Shown: one piece after another, positions 26,629 to 37,314 of the stretch | Layout: each line of letters opens with the position of its first letter | Numbering within the stretch: the first letter of the stretch is position 1 | Origin: Eukaryota sp. TZLM1-RC | Lineage: Eukaryota > Protista > Metamonada: BaSk clade | Assembly: GCA_040285825.1 (NCBI GenBank) | Contig: JAUPSS010000002.1 | Location: 372,001 to 436,000, forward strand | Length of the DNA stretch: 64,000 bases | Reading direction: 5' to 3' | Translations under genes and position numbers: made by a program | The notes under the pieces: generated by a model | What the model was told of the DNA's origin: nothing | The model's input: the letters and a program-made list of their open reading frames with translations, nothing else | Database searches by the model: none

Positions 26629-27010
26629 AATGGGATTAATTGAAAAAATTAAACCAATGGCTAATGGAAGAGAAACCATAATTTGGTTTGGCAGTGGAGG
26701 TAATGGGCCCTCAAGACAAGCTGTGAAAACCCCAAGGAAACGCTTTTTGAAGGAGATTCAGAAACATTTTACATATGTGATTCCTAATGGAGATGAACTC
26801 TACACATCTGCCAAAACGAATTGCTGTAAGGTATTCAATCAAAAGGTGTATCACGATGATGGGAGGGTGACCAATGATAAGTTTGTTTGCCCTCAATGTC
26901 AGACACTCTGGTCGAGGGACATCTCAGCCTCCAGAAACCAGCTAGAGATGGCCATAAGTGAGCACTACTACAATGACAGACCCGAGGCGTTCCGGAGACC
27001 CAATAGATAA

Positions 27011-27179
27011 ATGTTTTTTTATGTATTGCGTACCTGGATGCGTATTATGATGTTGCTGCTTTAACTATCATTTGATCGTGATATCATATTGTGATGGATC
27101 TAAAGTATGCTTAACGTCTATCAAGATTGCATGAATTGGTCAAAAGCCAGAAATGTGTTTTGACAGAATTTCTCAGTAG
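27011..27179 (+). ncRNA. Putative Fanzor family B omega-RNA scaffold
   Basis: Lies between the Fanzor stop and the right end; terminal hairpin GTCAAAA/TTTTGAC conserved in the 12702 copy. Confidence 0.6.
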
Positions 27180-27182
27180 TCG

Positions 27183-28895
27183 ATGACGTCGCCCAGTTCG
27201 TTTAACACTGCTAGCCTGGCTAAGCAGTTTGTTCCAATGTTTGTGACTTCTGATGCTGACACTGATTCTTCTGAGTGTGAGTCAGATACTCCCAGCCTGG
27301 CACCTTCTCTTGGAAGTCTCAACGATTACACTCATATCCTTTCTGGGAGTCGTAGCAACACAGACCCTACCGTCAATTTCAATCCTCGTCAGCCCAGTTC
27401 TGTCACATCAAAATTACAACAATTTACTGTCCGTCGTTCCAATTCCGAGTCCTCCATAGATCCGATTGGTGTCCTTCACCAACCATTCACCAACCCATCT
27501 CCCCCAAGCTCAGTGCCTATTGAACCAAAACCCGTAATTCCAACGTCGTTCAACTCTCTTCCTGCATCCCCTATCCTCTCAGCTTCTTGCTCGCCTATTC
27601 TTCCAGTCAATGACAAACCACAGCCCCATGCATCCCGCACTCTTTTTGTGAGCGGTCCCTTTGCCTCTCTTTCTGCAGCTACCATTCGTGAGATATTCTC
27701 TGACTTTGGTGATATAATGACCTTTCACATTGACTGCAAGGATCGAGGTTTTGTCTTGGTAACTTATTTTGATCTAAATCAAGCCAGGGTAGCTCAAAAG
27801 TCCCTAAATGGAACAAGATTGCCATTGACTGAAGACTCTAGTCAATTGAGCGATGAACCTTTAATTGCCAAGTTTTCTGTCCCTGCGGAGGGAGAATCTT
27901 CTAATCACCATGGAACTTTGGTTGTTTTTAACTTAACATCTACTGTATTGGACTCTGAATTAATGTCAGTGTTTGGAGCTTTTGGTCCTATTAAAGAAAT
28001 TAGACAAACACCTCACAAAAATCACCATCGATTTATTGAATTTTTCGACATTAGACATGCAAAAAGAGCTCAACAAACCCTCAATAAATCTGAAATATTT
28101 GGTAGAAGGGTTAAGATTGAAGCTTCAAAGCCAGGAAGTCGACGTTACCAACAGCAACAAATTCTTTTGGAATCACAACTTAAACCTTTCTGCCAGGGTT
28201 GTTCTCATTATCTAAAAGGAAATTGTCTGTGTCGCAATTTTTCCTCAACTGTACCTGCAAAATCAAGTTTGTTATCCACAGTAGGAGGTGATTCTGTTAG
28301 TGATTTGGACTCTTCATTAGGTCAGAATGATGACATGATGTTCAAAAGAAAACCTATGACTTTTCGCCGAAATTCTGATAGGTCAAATACAGATATTATA
28401 TTTGATCTTAATTTGGACAAAATCAAATCTGGTGAAGAAGTTCGTTGTACTTTGATGATAAAAAACATTCCAAACAAGTACCAAACTTCAATGTTACTTT
28501 CAGCAATTAATCAAAACCATGCTGGAAGTTTTAACTTTTTCTATTTGCCAATTGACTTTAAGAACCTTTGTAATTATGGCTATGCGTTTATAAATTTCAG
28601 GAATCCAAAATTTATCATCCCTTTTTACGAAGAATTCAATGGTAGACGATGGGAGCATTTTAATTCAACCAAACTTTGTGAACTCAAGTTTGCCCGTCTT
28701 CAGGGTCTTTCGGCTTTGTTTACACATTTCAAGAATTCTTCTCTACTCTCGGAGGGAAATAAGTATAGACCGTTGGTGATTCATTACCCAAATGACGAGG
28801 ATATGTCTTTTCCTGTTGAAGTTCCTCTTTCACCATCTATTAATTCTCTGGAAGATATTGAAAAAATTGCAGCCAGCCGCCGTTTTTGTCAATAA
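27183..28895 (+). CDS. mei2: Mei2-like RNA-binding protein (RRM1, RRM2, C-terminal RRM3)
   Basis: SRTLFV..RGFVLVTYFD; GTLVVFNL..EIRQTPHKNHHRFIEFFDIR; CTLMIKNIPNKY..FFYLPIDFKNLCNYGYAFINF..ARLQG. Confidence 0.95.
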   Translation: MTSPSSFNTASLAKQFVPMFVTSDADTDSSECESDTPSLAPSLGSLNDYTHILSGSRSNTDPTVNFNPRQPSSVTSKLQQFTVRRSNSESSIDPIGVLHQPFTNPSPPSSVPIEPKPVIPTSFNSLPASPILSASCSPILPVNDKPQPHASRTLFVSGPFASLSAATIREIFSDFGDIMTFHIDCKDRGFVLVTYFDLNQARVAQKSLNGTRLPLTEDSSQLSDEPLIAKFSVPAEGESSNHHGTLVVFNLTSTVLDSELMSVFGAFGPIKEIRQTPHKNHHRFIEFFDIRHAKRAQQTLNKSEIFGRRVKIEASKPGSRRYQQQQILLESQLKPFCQGCSHYLKGNCLCRNFSSTVPAKSSLLSTVGGDSVSDLDSSLGQNDDMMFKRKPMTFRRNSDRSNTDIIFDLNLDKIKSGEEVRCTLMIKNIPNKYQTSMLLSAINQNHAGSFNFFYLPIDFKNLCNYGYAFINFRNPKFIIPFYEEFNGRRWEHFNSTKLCELKFARLQGLSALFTHFKNSSLLSEGNKYRPLVIHYPNDEDMSFPVEVPLSPSINSLEDIEKIAASRRFCQ

Positions 28896-28970
28896 TTGTT
28901 GTTTTTAATTTATTTTGCTAGTTTTTTGATGTATAAATATGATTCTTTATTAAATTCATTATATTCAAAA

Positions 28971-30479
28971 CTATGGCATAATTCTGCCAACTAATCTAGG
29001 ATATAAAGTCACATCTCTGATATGATGAACACCTAATATCCAGCAAATAAATCTCTCCAAGCCAAGACCCCAACCTCCATGAGGAACGGAACCAAATCTG
29101 CGTTGATCAATATACCAGTAATATGACTCTTCCGATAGTCCTTCATTCTTGAAGTTTTCTACCAATAGATCAAGGTCATATACTCTCATTGAACCACCAA
29201 CAATCTCTCCAACAGTTGGGACTAAAAGATCCACAGATTCAGTTACAAGGTGGTCTCCTTCCTTCACTCTTTGCATGTAGAAAGGTTTTTGAGAAGAAGG
29301 AAAATGTGTTAAAAAAATAAACTCGCCAATGGTATCGACCATTTTTCTTTCGGGCAGTTCCGGAATATCATCACCCCACTCATAAAAAGTCTTGGCTTCC
29401 TCATCTTTATAAATTTCGTGCTCTTTCAACCATTCAATCGCCTCAGAGTATCTCATCCTCCTAAAACCTTTTCTTGGACGGACAAAATCAGGATTCATTT
29501 CCAAAATTTCAGCAGCACATCGAGGGTCACTCATGGTCCTATCCACGGTGGAAACGACCATATCTTCAATAGTGTTGAGCAAGTCATCAAATGATATAAA
29601 AGGACACTCACCTTCAACATGAGCGAATTCAGACAAATGCCTTCTTGTTCTTGAAAGCTCAGCTCTATAAGAAGGCATTATACAAAAAACATCCCCCAAA
29701 GAAGGAAGTAGCGACTCAAGGTAAAGTTGAGAAGATTGGGTGAGATAGGCTTCTTCACCATAGTAGTCGAGCTTAAATAGAGTTGAACCACCTTCTACCT
29801 GACCCTTAACCAGTGTGGGGGGCATGACTTCATGAAATCCCTTGTCAAAGAAATGTTCTCGCAAATGGTGGGTAATAAATGATCGTAGTCTAATGATACG
29901 GGAAGCGTTGGTTCCACGAAGGGTTAAATGTCTATTGGTGAGCAGTTGGTCGACAGATGAGTCAGGGGTAATGATGGAATCAAAAGAAGAATCGGCTATT
30001 GAAATAATGCTGTAATAATCAACTTGGAGCTCGACACCGTTGGGTGCTCTGGGATCGCGGGCAAGTTTTCCATACAGAGTGATAGAGGACTCATTTGTGA
30101 GACCCTTAAAGTAAGCATACTTGGCTAGCGGACCGTTGAGTACACATTGGAGGAATCCCGTGCCATCACGTAGGATGATGAACATGAGAGACTTTCCCTC
30201 AGCACGGAGACGATGGACCCAACCGTTGATGATTAGGCGATCATCTGTAATGGTACATTCTTCGGATGTAGGTAGAACTTTGGAGATTTTTGTTTTACGT
30301 GCTTCTGCAAGACTTGGATCGGGTTGAGGAGCAGGAACATCAACAGCTTTCTGAGCTTGATCTTGAGCTTGCTTGTTGGCTTGTTTAGCAGCAGCCTTGG
30401 CAGCCTTTTTAGCTTCGATCATGGCTTGCTTCGCAAGTTTCTTTTGAGCAGACTTTGAAAGCTCTTGAGGTTCAGACAT
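28971..30479 (-). CDS. NARS1: Asparagine--tRNA ligase, cytosolic type
   Basis: GWVHRLR..LRDGTGFLQCVL, QVEGGSTLFKLDYYGEEAYLTQSSQLYLE, YRAE.SRTRRHLSE, PHGGWGLGLERF, LYPR. Confidence 0.97.
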   Translation of the reverse strand: MSEPQELSKSAQKKLAKQAMIEAKKAAKAAAKQANKQAQDQAQKAVDVPAPQPDPSLAEARKTKISKVLPTSEECTITDDRLIINGWVHRLRAEGKSLMFIILRDGTGFLQCVLNGPLAKYAYFKGLTNESSITLYGKLARDPRAPNGVELQVDYYSIISIADSSFDSIITPDSSVDQLLTNRHLTLRGTNASRIIRLRSFITHHLREHFFDKGFHEVMPPTLVKGQVEGGSTLFKLDYYGEEAYLTQSSQLYLESLLPSLGDVFCIMPSYRAELSRTRRHLSEFAHVEGECPFISFDDLLNTIEDMVVSTVDRTMSDPRCAAEILEMNPDFVRPRKGFRRMRYSEAIEWLKEHEIYKDEEAKTFYEWGDDIPELPERKMVDTIGEFIFLTHFPSSQKPFYMQRVKEGDHLVTESVDLLVPTVGEIVGGSMRVYDLDLLVENFKNEGLSEESYYWYIDQRRFGSVPHGGWGLGLERFICWILGVHHIRDVTLYPRLVGRIMP

Positions 30480-30668
30480 CGATTAATATCAAAAAGGGAT
30501 GATAGGATGTTGTGAAATGGACTCTTATTGGGAGAATCTAATTTTATTTGATTTTATTTGAAAAAATAATGTAGTCCTGGAACAGACACATTTTAAAACT
30601 CAACCAAAAACCCTAACTGAAACTTTTACCTACTCAAAGGCCATTAATTGAATGACAAGAGATTTTCG

Positions 30669-30970
30669 CTATTCACTTGAATTGCATATCGCTTGTTCTA
30701 AAACTCCGCAATGTTCAAATGTATTCGAAATGGAGTTAATATAACGAAGAAGCGCTTTTAATAAAAAATAAAAAATACATTTGTGTTCTTCCAAATCAAA
30801 AAAATCAAATGTACGACCACTTTTTTCGAGAAGTTTTCCTAAATCATCTAAAATAATGAAACCTTCACTTTCAATGGTACCAAAAATTGAAATAGCAAGT
30901 GGGACAAAGTTGATGTTTCTGCCTCTTGCGCCATTGAGTTGTTGAAGAAGGACGTCGTTTTTTGTTATCT
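30669..30970 (-). pseudogene. Non-LTR RLE C-terminal fragment
   Basis: NFVPLAISIFGTI..EG..ILDDL pattern shared with the other RLE copies. Confidence 0.55.
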
Positions 30971-32219
30971 TGGACAGCACTGCAACTTTGAGTAAATGTT
31001 GAATGTCAGAATGGAACTTCTTCTCCACGGAGATACGGTGGTACAATCCATTAGACTTTTAAGCACCCAGCATGTGCATTTTGTTAATAAATCTACTTTG
31101 ACAACTGTATTGTGAAAGTAAAAAGTGATTAGTCATCAGTTTAAACAAAATCAAGGGCACATGCATAAAACTACTAAGTTTTGGGTCAATCTCTTTAATT
31201 ATACTTGAACTGATTCTTCTCTAAACAAAATTCGCTATTGTTGAAGTTGATTATTGTATTTTCACCACATAAACAATACTTTATTCATTACGTTGAGCTG
31301 TTCTCCTTTTGTATATTTGATATCTGTTAGTGATTTTGAGGAGGTTCCAAAATTAACAACAGTCTATCAGTGCTAATTTTTGCAAAATACTGCTAATTAT
31401 ACAAAATTTAGGATGAGCATCAGGTGTTGTCTTGATAATGAGTACTTTCAAACTCAGTAAATTCCGCATGAACAATGTGTTCTCTACCCCAATTGAGACG
31501 ATGCAAACTATAAATGATTTTTTTTCATGTTATTACTTTATGGCTCGTTTTTTGGATCAGAAGCAATCAATACATTATTGCAAGATCAATTACTTAAATA
31601 CATAGAATTAATTCTGAATTCACTTTTGAAGAGACAAATGTCGTGAGCTGTTTTCTGGTCTCTTCTGGGAATGGTCAAACAGCAAAAAAAGTTGTACCCA
31701 ATGATCTCACATACCAAAGATAGGAGGTTTTGCTGAAGTAGAATATTGAGCCGCTCCAACGTCTATTGATGTTAGCTCTATCGTAGTCACCATGGCCTGG
31801 TTGAAGGTTTTTTTCAGAACCAAACAAATGATCTGTGTGGTATACCCCATGTCGATTTTCAAATTTGTCCATTTGCTGTTTCTTTGTATGGACGTCTTGG
31901 AAAACTGCTTTAAAATTTATTGATGATAGTGAGAGTCTGGTAAAAAGAATTAATAAGCGTTTTGATTGTCGTTTGTGATTAAATCGTGTTGATTACGTAA
32001 ATAAATTGATGTTGGATATAGATTGCTGATTTACTAAAGTAAGCTGTGGTGACACTTCGGTTCCATCCATTGTGTACTTCGATGTAACGGTACAACAGAA
32101 TCTAAAAGGACAGTCTATCTGGAATGTACATGCATTTAACGAAGTACCAAACAGAAGTAACTTCATCAATGATGTCAAATATGATTGAACAACAGTGGAA
32201 GAAGTTTTAGAATGCAAGA

Positions 32220-34068
32220 CATATTCTAATTTACATTTTGGTAACAACATTTTGAGTTCATCAAGTGGCGTAAAGCAAGGAGATCCGTTAGGACCTCTTT
32301 TGTTTTGTTTGGCCATTCATCCTATTTTACTGCAAATTCAAGAGATGTTTCCTTCACTAAAAATGATTGCATATATGGATGATGTTGTGGTTATTGGTGA
32401 TTTAAATATTGTGAAACAAGCAACTGTATGTTTTAAAGAATTATTTACCAAAATTGGTCTCCAACTTCATTTACTTAAATGTGTTTTGTTATCGAATTCT
32501 CCAGTTTCCAAAATAGTTGATGATATTGAAATTCAAGCCAAATTATATTCAATTGATGCTATTCGTCATTTGGGTTCGTGTTTAGGAAATAATGATGAAA
32601 TTACCAAAAAATTGTTTGAAAAGTTGAACTCAATTTCTGACAAAATTGACCGAATGATGAATTTAGATATAAAAAAACACATCAGATTTACCATTATAAG
32701 ACTGTGTTTTAGTTCCAATTTTAACCATATATTTCGATCTACAAATCCTCTCGTCACTAGAACCTTGGCTCAAAAGTTTAATGAGTTACGTGCAAAAGTT
32801 CTGTCTCAATTACTGGGATGTAAAATGTTTCAAATTCCAGATCATGCTTACCTTAGTCCACATTATGGTGGTTTAGGGTGGACGAAGGCTTCTATTCTTA
32901 CCTCATGTGCTTTTGTTGGTGGATGCAGAAATGCAATCTTTGAGTTTTCCGAAAGATTTGCAGATTGGGAAGATTTATTGATGACAACGCAAAGTTCCAC
33001 TGTTTTTGCATTAAATGAAGAAATTTCAAGAATTGATGTAGAAAAATGGGGTCGATGTTTTCCCCAATCATTCAATGGCAATATTCCAGAAAAAAATGTT
33101 TTAAATTTGAAGTACACTCTTCGAACATTACAGAAAAGATTGACTGGAATGTATGAAAAAGATCTTTATAATAATATATGCAGCTCGGCTGTTTTAAATC
33201 AAGATCTTCACTCATTGTTGTTGGAAAAGGGTGTTTGTGAAAACAAGTCATCAGATTCTTCACTTTTTGTAACCATTGTACCGCGAAGATTTGGATTGTG
33301 TGCCACTAATGAAGCATTTGTAACAAAAATGAGATTATATTTGAACATCCCCATTAATCAATTATTATCAAAAGAAAAATGTATTTGTTCGAATTCACCT
33401 CAACTCACTTTGCGCCATGCTCTGAATTGCTCTAAATTGATAACTTATCGTTCTTAATTACATGATGCTGTTAGAGACACTGTTTTCAATATGGCACAAA
33501 CTGCAAGGATATCGTGTATCAAAGAGCCCTTGCTGAAGGAAACACTTTCTCTGAATAATTTTGGTTCTGATGATAGAGGTGATGTATACTGTGATTGGAT
33601 TGATAATTCTGAAGCTATTGTTGACTTTGTCTCATGTAATGTTGCAAATGATACTTTGGTTCACAGAAGAAAACTTAATCCGGTGGCAGCTCTGGATTTC
33701 AAAGCAAAAGAGAAACATAGAAAATATGATAAAGATATTGAAGAGGCAAATGTCGATAGAAATACACAGCTGGTTTTTATTGCTTTCCCATTTTCGATAA
33801 ATGGAATATTATCAGTTGAAGCAGAAACTTTTTTGGATGACTTCCAAAAAATGGTGCAAGAAAAAACAATGAAAAGATTTGATATTTTTTTATGGCGTTC
33901 ACGGATTCAATTTGCCATTATTAATAGATTACCGCGGTTTTTCAATCGAATTAGAGAAGCTTTAGCTAGACAGCAAGCAAATCAAGATTTTGTAGAGGAA
34001 ATCTTGGTTCAATGATAGTCGTCCCATTAGTTATGATTTAATTTAATTGAGTGCAAATTCAATAAATA
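32220..34068 (+). mobile_element. RLE-type non-LTR retrotransposon, family C (5'-truncated, one in-frame stop at 33455)
   Basis: GVKQGDPLGPLLFCL, YMDD, CIC..HALNC, RGDV..D..KHRKY; TSD AATGCAAGA at 32211-32219 and 34069-34077. Confidence 0.93.
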
Positions 34069-34205
34069 AATGCAAGATGATTAATTTCCCTATTTTGCAG
34101 GGAATTTCAACTGCTGGTAACCACATCACAAAAAGGATCAACCACGGCTATTCTTCATTCACGGGGTGAAGGCCTGAGTAGTTACCATCAAATTAATTGT
34201 TCACA

Positions 34206-35450
34206 ATGGATGATCTCAATGTTGAACAACTTAGACCCAGTTTTCTCTACTTAGCTGCTGCTACCTCAGGATCACCTCCGGTACTGAGCAAGTATCCACT
34301 CATTTGCACATGCTGCTCTAGTTTACCCTCCCAACTTTTTGTATGTGTTTTTTGTTCTTTTCGAGGGTGTATCAAGGCCTGTTCACGACACTCAGACACG
34401 CATCATTGTTCTCTTTTCGTACATTATTCTTGCAAGTATTTTTACTTCCCATCCTTCCATTCTATAACCCCAGTTTCTTCATTTCCTCACATACAAGAAT
34501 ACACTGAAGGCGTACTGGATTCGTACTTTTCCAGTACTGCATCTGTGCTCTCCATCCCCAGAGGTGTTGCCAACCTTGGGTCATCATGTTACATGGGTTC
34601 TGTTCTCCAATCACTCTCCATGATACCTTCCTTTGTCTCTTTCTTTCTATCCGAGCAACACGTGGGTTGTATCTTGCCCAATTGTGTGGCCTGTGAGTTT
34701 GACAGGTTTCTCCAAGCAAAGTTTTACCCTTCAGCCAACCTCTCTGCTCCAGTCCTTCCTTCCTCCATGCTGTTCAAGGTATGGTGCACAATACCCTCAT
34801 TTGCTGGCCATGCTCAACAGGATTCACACGAGTTTTTTCTTGAGTTTTTAAATGTGCTTCATGAGAACCTTTCTGATGGGAATACCCCGTGTGATTGTGT
34901 GGTTCACAGACTCTTTGGTGGAGAATTGACTTCGCTGGTGTCTTGCTCGATGTGCGACCATGAAGTTTCAAGACAGGTTGAACCCTTTCTTGAGCTTTCT
35001 CTTCCAATTCTTGATACTATTGATCTTTGTTTTGAGCACTTCACTAATTCAGAGGCATTGGATTTAAAAAATTCTGATTTTAACTGTATTAATTGTCAAG
35101 AGGATGCTAAATTTCGGAAATCGATAATTTTATCAAGCTTGCCAGAAATTTTAGTAATACAGCTCAATAGGTTTACAGTGACATCCAATGGATCGGTCGT
35201 AAAAAATTTCACAAAAGTCGACATTCCCCAACAAGTCAATCTGAATAGACAATCCTATTGTCTCTCATCTTTAATATGTCATCGGGGTAATGAACTTCAT
35301 ACTGGACATTACCTATCTTATCTCCGTAGAGAAGGTTTCTGGTTCATGGCAGATGATGATTGCGTATCAGTGGTTGATTTTGACCAAGCTGTAAAGGACA
35401 CTCCTTATTTGCTGTTTTTAATAAAAGACAAGGTTAATTACTATTTATAG
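34206..35450 (+). CDS. Ubiquitin-specific protease, USP22/Ubp8-like (zf-UBP + peptidase C19)
   Basis: GVANLGSSCYMGSVLQ Cys box, QQDSHEFF, HRG..TGHY His box, N-terminal Cys/His finger. Confidence 0.9.
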   Translation: MDDLNVEQLRPSFLYLAAATSGSPPVLSKYPLICTCCSSLPSQLFVCVFCSFRGCIKACSRHSDTHHCSLFVHYSCKYFYFPSFHSITPVSSFPHIQEYTEGVLDSYFSSTASVLSIPRGVANLGSSCYMGSVLQSLSMIPSFVSFFLSEQHVGCILPNCVACEFDRFLQAKFYPSANLSAPVLPSSMLFKVWCTIPSFAGHAQQDSHEFFLEFLNVLHENLSDGNTPCDCVVHRLFGGELTSLVSCSMCDHEVSRQVEPFLELSLPILDTIDLCFEHFTNSEALDLKNSDFNCINCQEDAKFRKSIILSSLPEILVIQLNRFTVTSNGSVVKNFTKVDIPQQVNLNRQSYCLSSLICHRGNELHTGHYLSYLRREGFWFMADDDCVSVVDFDQAVKDTPYLLFLIKDKVNYYL

Positions 35451-36269
35451 TTTCCATTTGAGTTTTGAGTTGCTTGAAATTCCAATTATATATTCAGAAG
35501 AAACACTGACGGCTTGCAAGTTTATCCTTTGTTGAACCACTTTGGGTTTGCAGGCACCACAGTTTGAGTCAATGTCATAGACCAACAACCTACCATTGAT
35601 ATCAACAAGAAAGAGGTGCCCGTCACTAGATCTAGGTTCCAAATACAAAACCCTGCCCAAATTTGACAATTGTTGGGGCTTCTGGTTGAATGAATCCCAA
35701 CACCAAACACGTTGCTTAAGATCTATTGCAAACACCAGTGAACAGCACACACAAATTTGGTAGATGAAAGGAACTCGAACAACAGTGACCAATCCAGTGG
35801 AGAGATTCATTGTGTAAACAGAGCCTTCGTTGGTGAGGAAAGCAGCTGTATGGTAATCACAGTCTGCCATGATGACATTAGAGAGGGACAGTTTCGAAAC
35901 ATGACCTCTTTGGAAGACAAACACATCATTTTTAATGGAAACAGCAAAGATATTGAAGAAAGAAGAGCATGTACTTCTGATTTCTTGTGGAAAAGGAATA
36001 TGAGTAAGCGAATCGTCAGTACTAAATCCACAGCCTGCAGCAAACACATGCCCCTCACATGTGGTGACCAAGATGTGAGGAAGAAAAGTGTCATTGAGGC
36101 AGAACATATGCGATACGTTGTGGAGTATTGATCTCTCTCCATCATTATGAACTGAATTTGAGAAGGAACAGTGTCCAATAAGATAAACCTTTGAATCAGT
36201 AAGGATGTAAGTGCAGTTTGGCCCAGAGACAAGCGAGTACCTTCGCGAAACTAGTTCAGTATCAGTCAT
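35445..36269 (-). CDS. RCC1/BLIP-II-like beta-propeller protein
   Basis: Degenerate RCC1 repeats (VSGPNCTYILT..VYLIG; CDYHTAAFLTNEGSVY). Confidence 0.65.
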   Translation of the reverse strand: MTDTELVSRRYSLVSGPNCTYILTDSKVYLIGHCSFSNSVHNDGERSILHNVSHMFCLNDTFLPHILVTTCEGHVFAAGCGFSTDDSLTHIPFPQEIRSTCSSFFNIFAVSIKNDVFVFQRGHVSKLSLSNVIMADCDYHTAAFLTNEGSVYTMNLSTGLVTVVRVPFIYQICVCCSLVFAIDLKQRVWCWDSFNQKPQQLSNLGRVLYLEPRSSDGHLFLVDINGRLLVYDIDSNCGACKPKVVQQRINLQAVSVSSEYIIGISSNSKLKWKL

Positions 36270-37059
36270 GAGCCTGGAATGTTTCTATCATAATAGTTCT
36301 ACGTTCCAACATAAGTGTGACATGTGACAAGTTAGACAAGACAATTTTGGTCATTATTTTTTATTAACGCATCATCAACAAACGTGCGTGCAACGTATTT
36401 TTGATCAAATAATTCTCAAATTATATAAACAGAACAATTAAAATCATAATTCAATTAAATAAAATTAATAAATTATAGAGCAGCAATGATACAATACATA
36501 AACACGCACTGAGAATATGTGTCAGATGTGGATGTTTTTTACAACCAAATTTGTCAAATTAGTGTTACAACAAGCCACAAACTTGATCTTTGGAAACTTG
36601 AATCTTAACTATATTGAATCTCAGCTATAGATTAACTTGAAAATCACAGAAAAACAATCAATGTGGTAAATACCCTTTTAGTTCACTTAAACGATCGGAT
36701 GTCTTTGAACGCTTGGGTTTCAAACACTGCCCAGAATCATTCCAAAAAAGCTATCTAATCATTCCAGCTATTGTCCCAAAAAAACTGTTGTTCATTAAAA
36801 TGTTCAATAAAATTTACTGTGGTTTTCACTTTGGTTGCATTTTGGTGTATTTTTTTCACCAACCAGATCTTGCACCAACGTCTGCTTTCTCCCTACGACA
36901 TCTATGGGCCTTAGTTTTCAACTTTTACTTAATGGTGTAGACATAAAACACAGAAAACCTAGGACACACAGTTCAGGAGCTTCTTTGCATAATAAAGTGC
37001 CAATAATGTTCAAATATACAACAAAAAAACATCAACTATTGATTTACAAAAACACTTTA

Positions 37060-37314
37060 TTACAGATTATCTAAATGAACAGAGATATCTTCATAAGTAC
37101 TGAAAAGGGCTTCCAGCTCTCGTTCGTTTAGCTCAATGTTAACATTTTCCTTCGAGATGCCATTGATAAGCTTCAAACCAAGTAAAACGCTAGGGACAGA
37201 AGCGTTTTTGTTTGATGAATGACTAACAGTTTTGTTTAACTTCCAATCAGAGCTTCCAAGGACAGTTTTCCTGGTATTATTACCGGATGAGCGAGGAGCA
37301 GGAGGTGTGTACAT
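37060..37314 (-). CDS. COMM-domain protein (C-terminal domain; 5' end uncertain, frame open to 37434)
   Basis: SDWKLNKTVSHSS..PSVLLGL..VNIELNERELEALF...L matches the COMM W..P..E pattern. Confidence 0.65.
   Translation of the reverse strand: MYTPPAPRSSGNNTRKTVLGSSDWKLNKTVSHSSNKNASVPSVLLGLKLINGISKENVNIELNERELEALFSTYEDISVHLDNL

Larger units (their letters stand above)
24700..27179 (+). mobile_element. Fanzor family B pseudogene with right end, interrupted by a non-LTR insertion (left end not located)
   Basis: AGLRILSFFE..LNPDQQLRGNPF is homologous to the family C N-terminal region; FCAIDPNHN (~25340); IIWFGSGG, GDELYTSAKTNCC, CPQCQTLWSRDISASRN; ends agaatttctcagtag. Confidence 0.88.

Noticed and set aside
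34084-34190. Hairpins and ...CTGAGTAG upstream of the USP gene as another Fanzor right end
   Set aside because: Lacks the GAAWT(T)CWC part of the motif, pairing extends past the TAG, and no linked Fanzor remnant was found.
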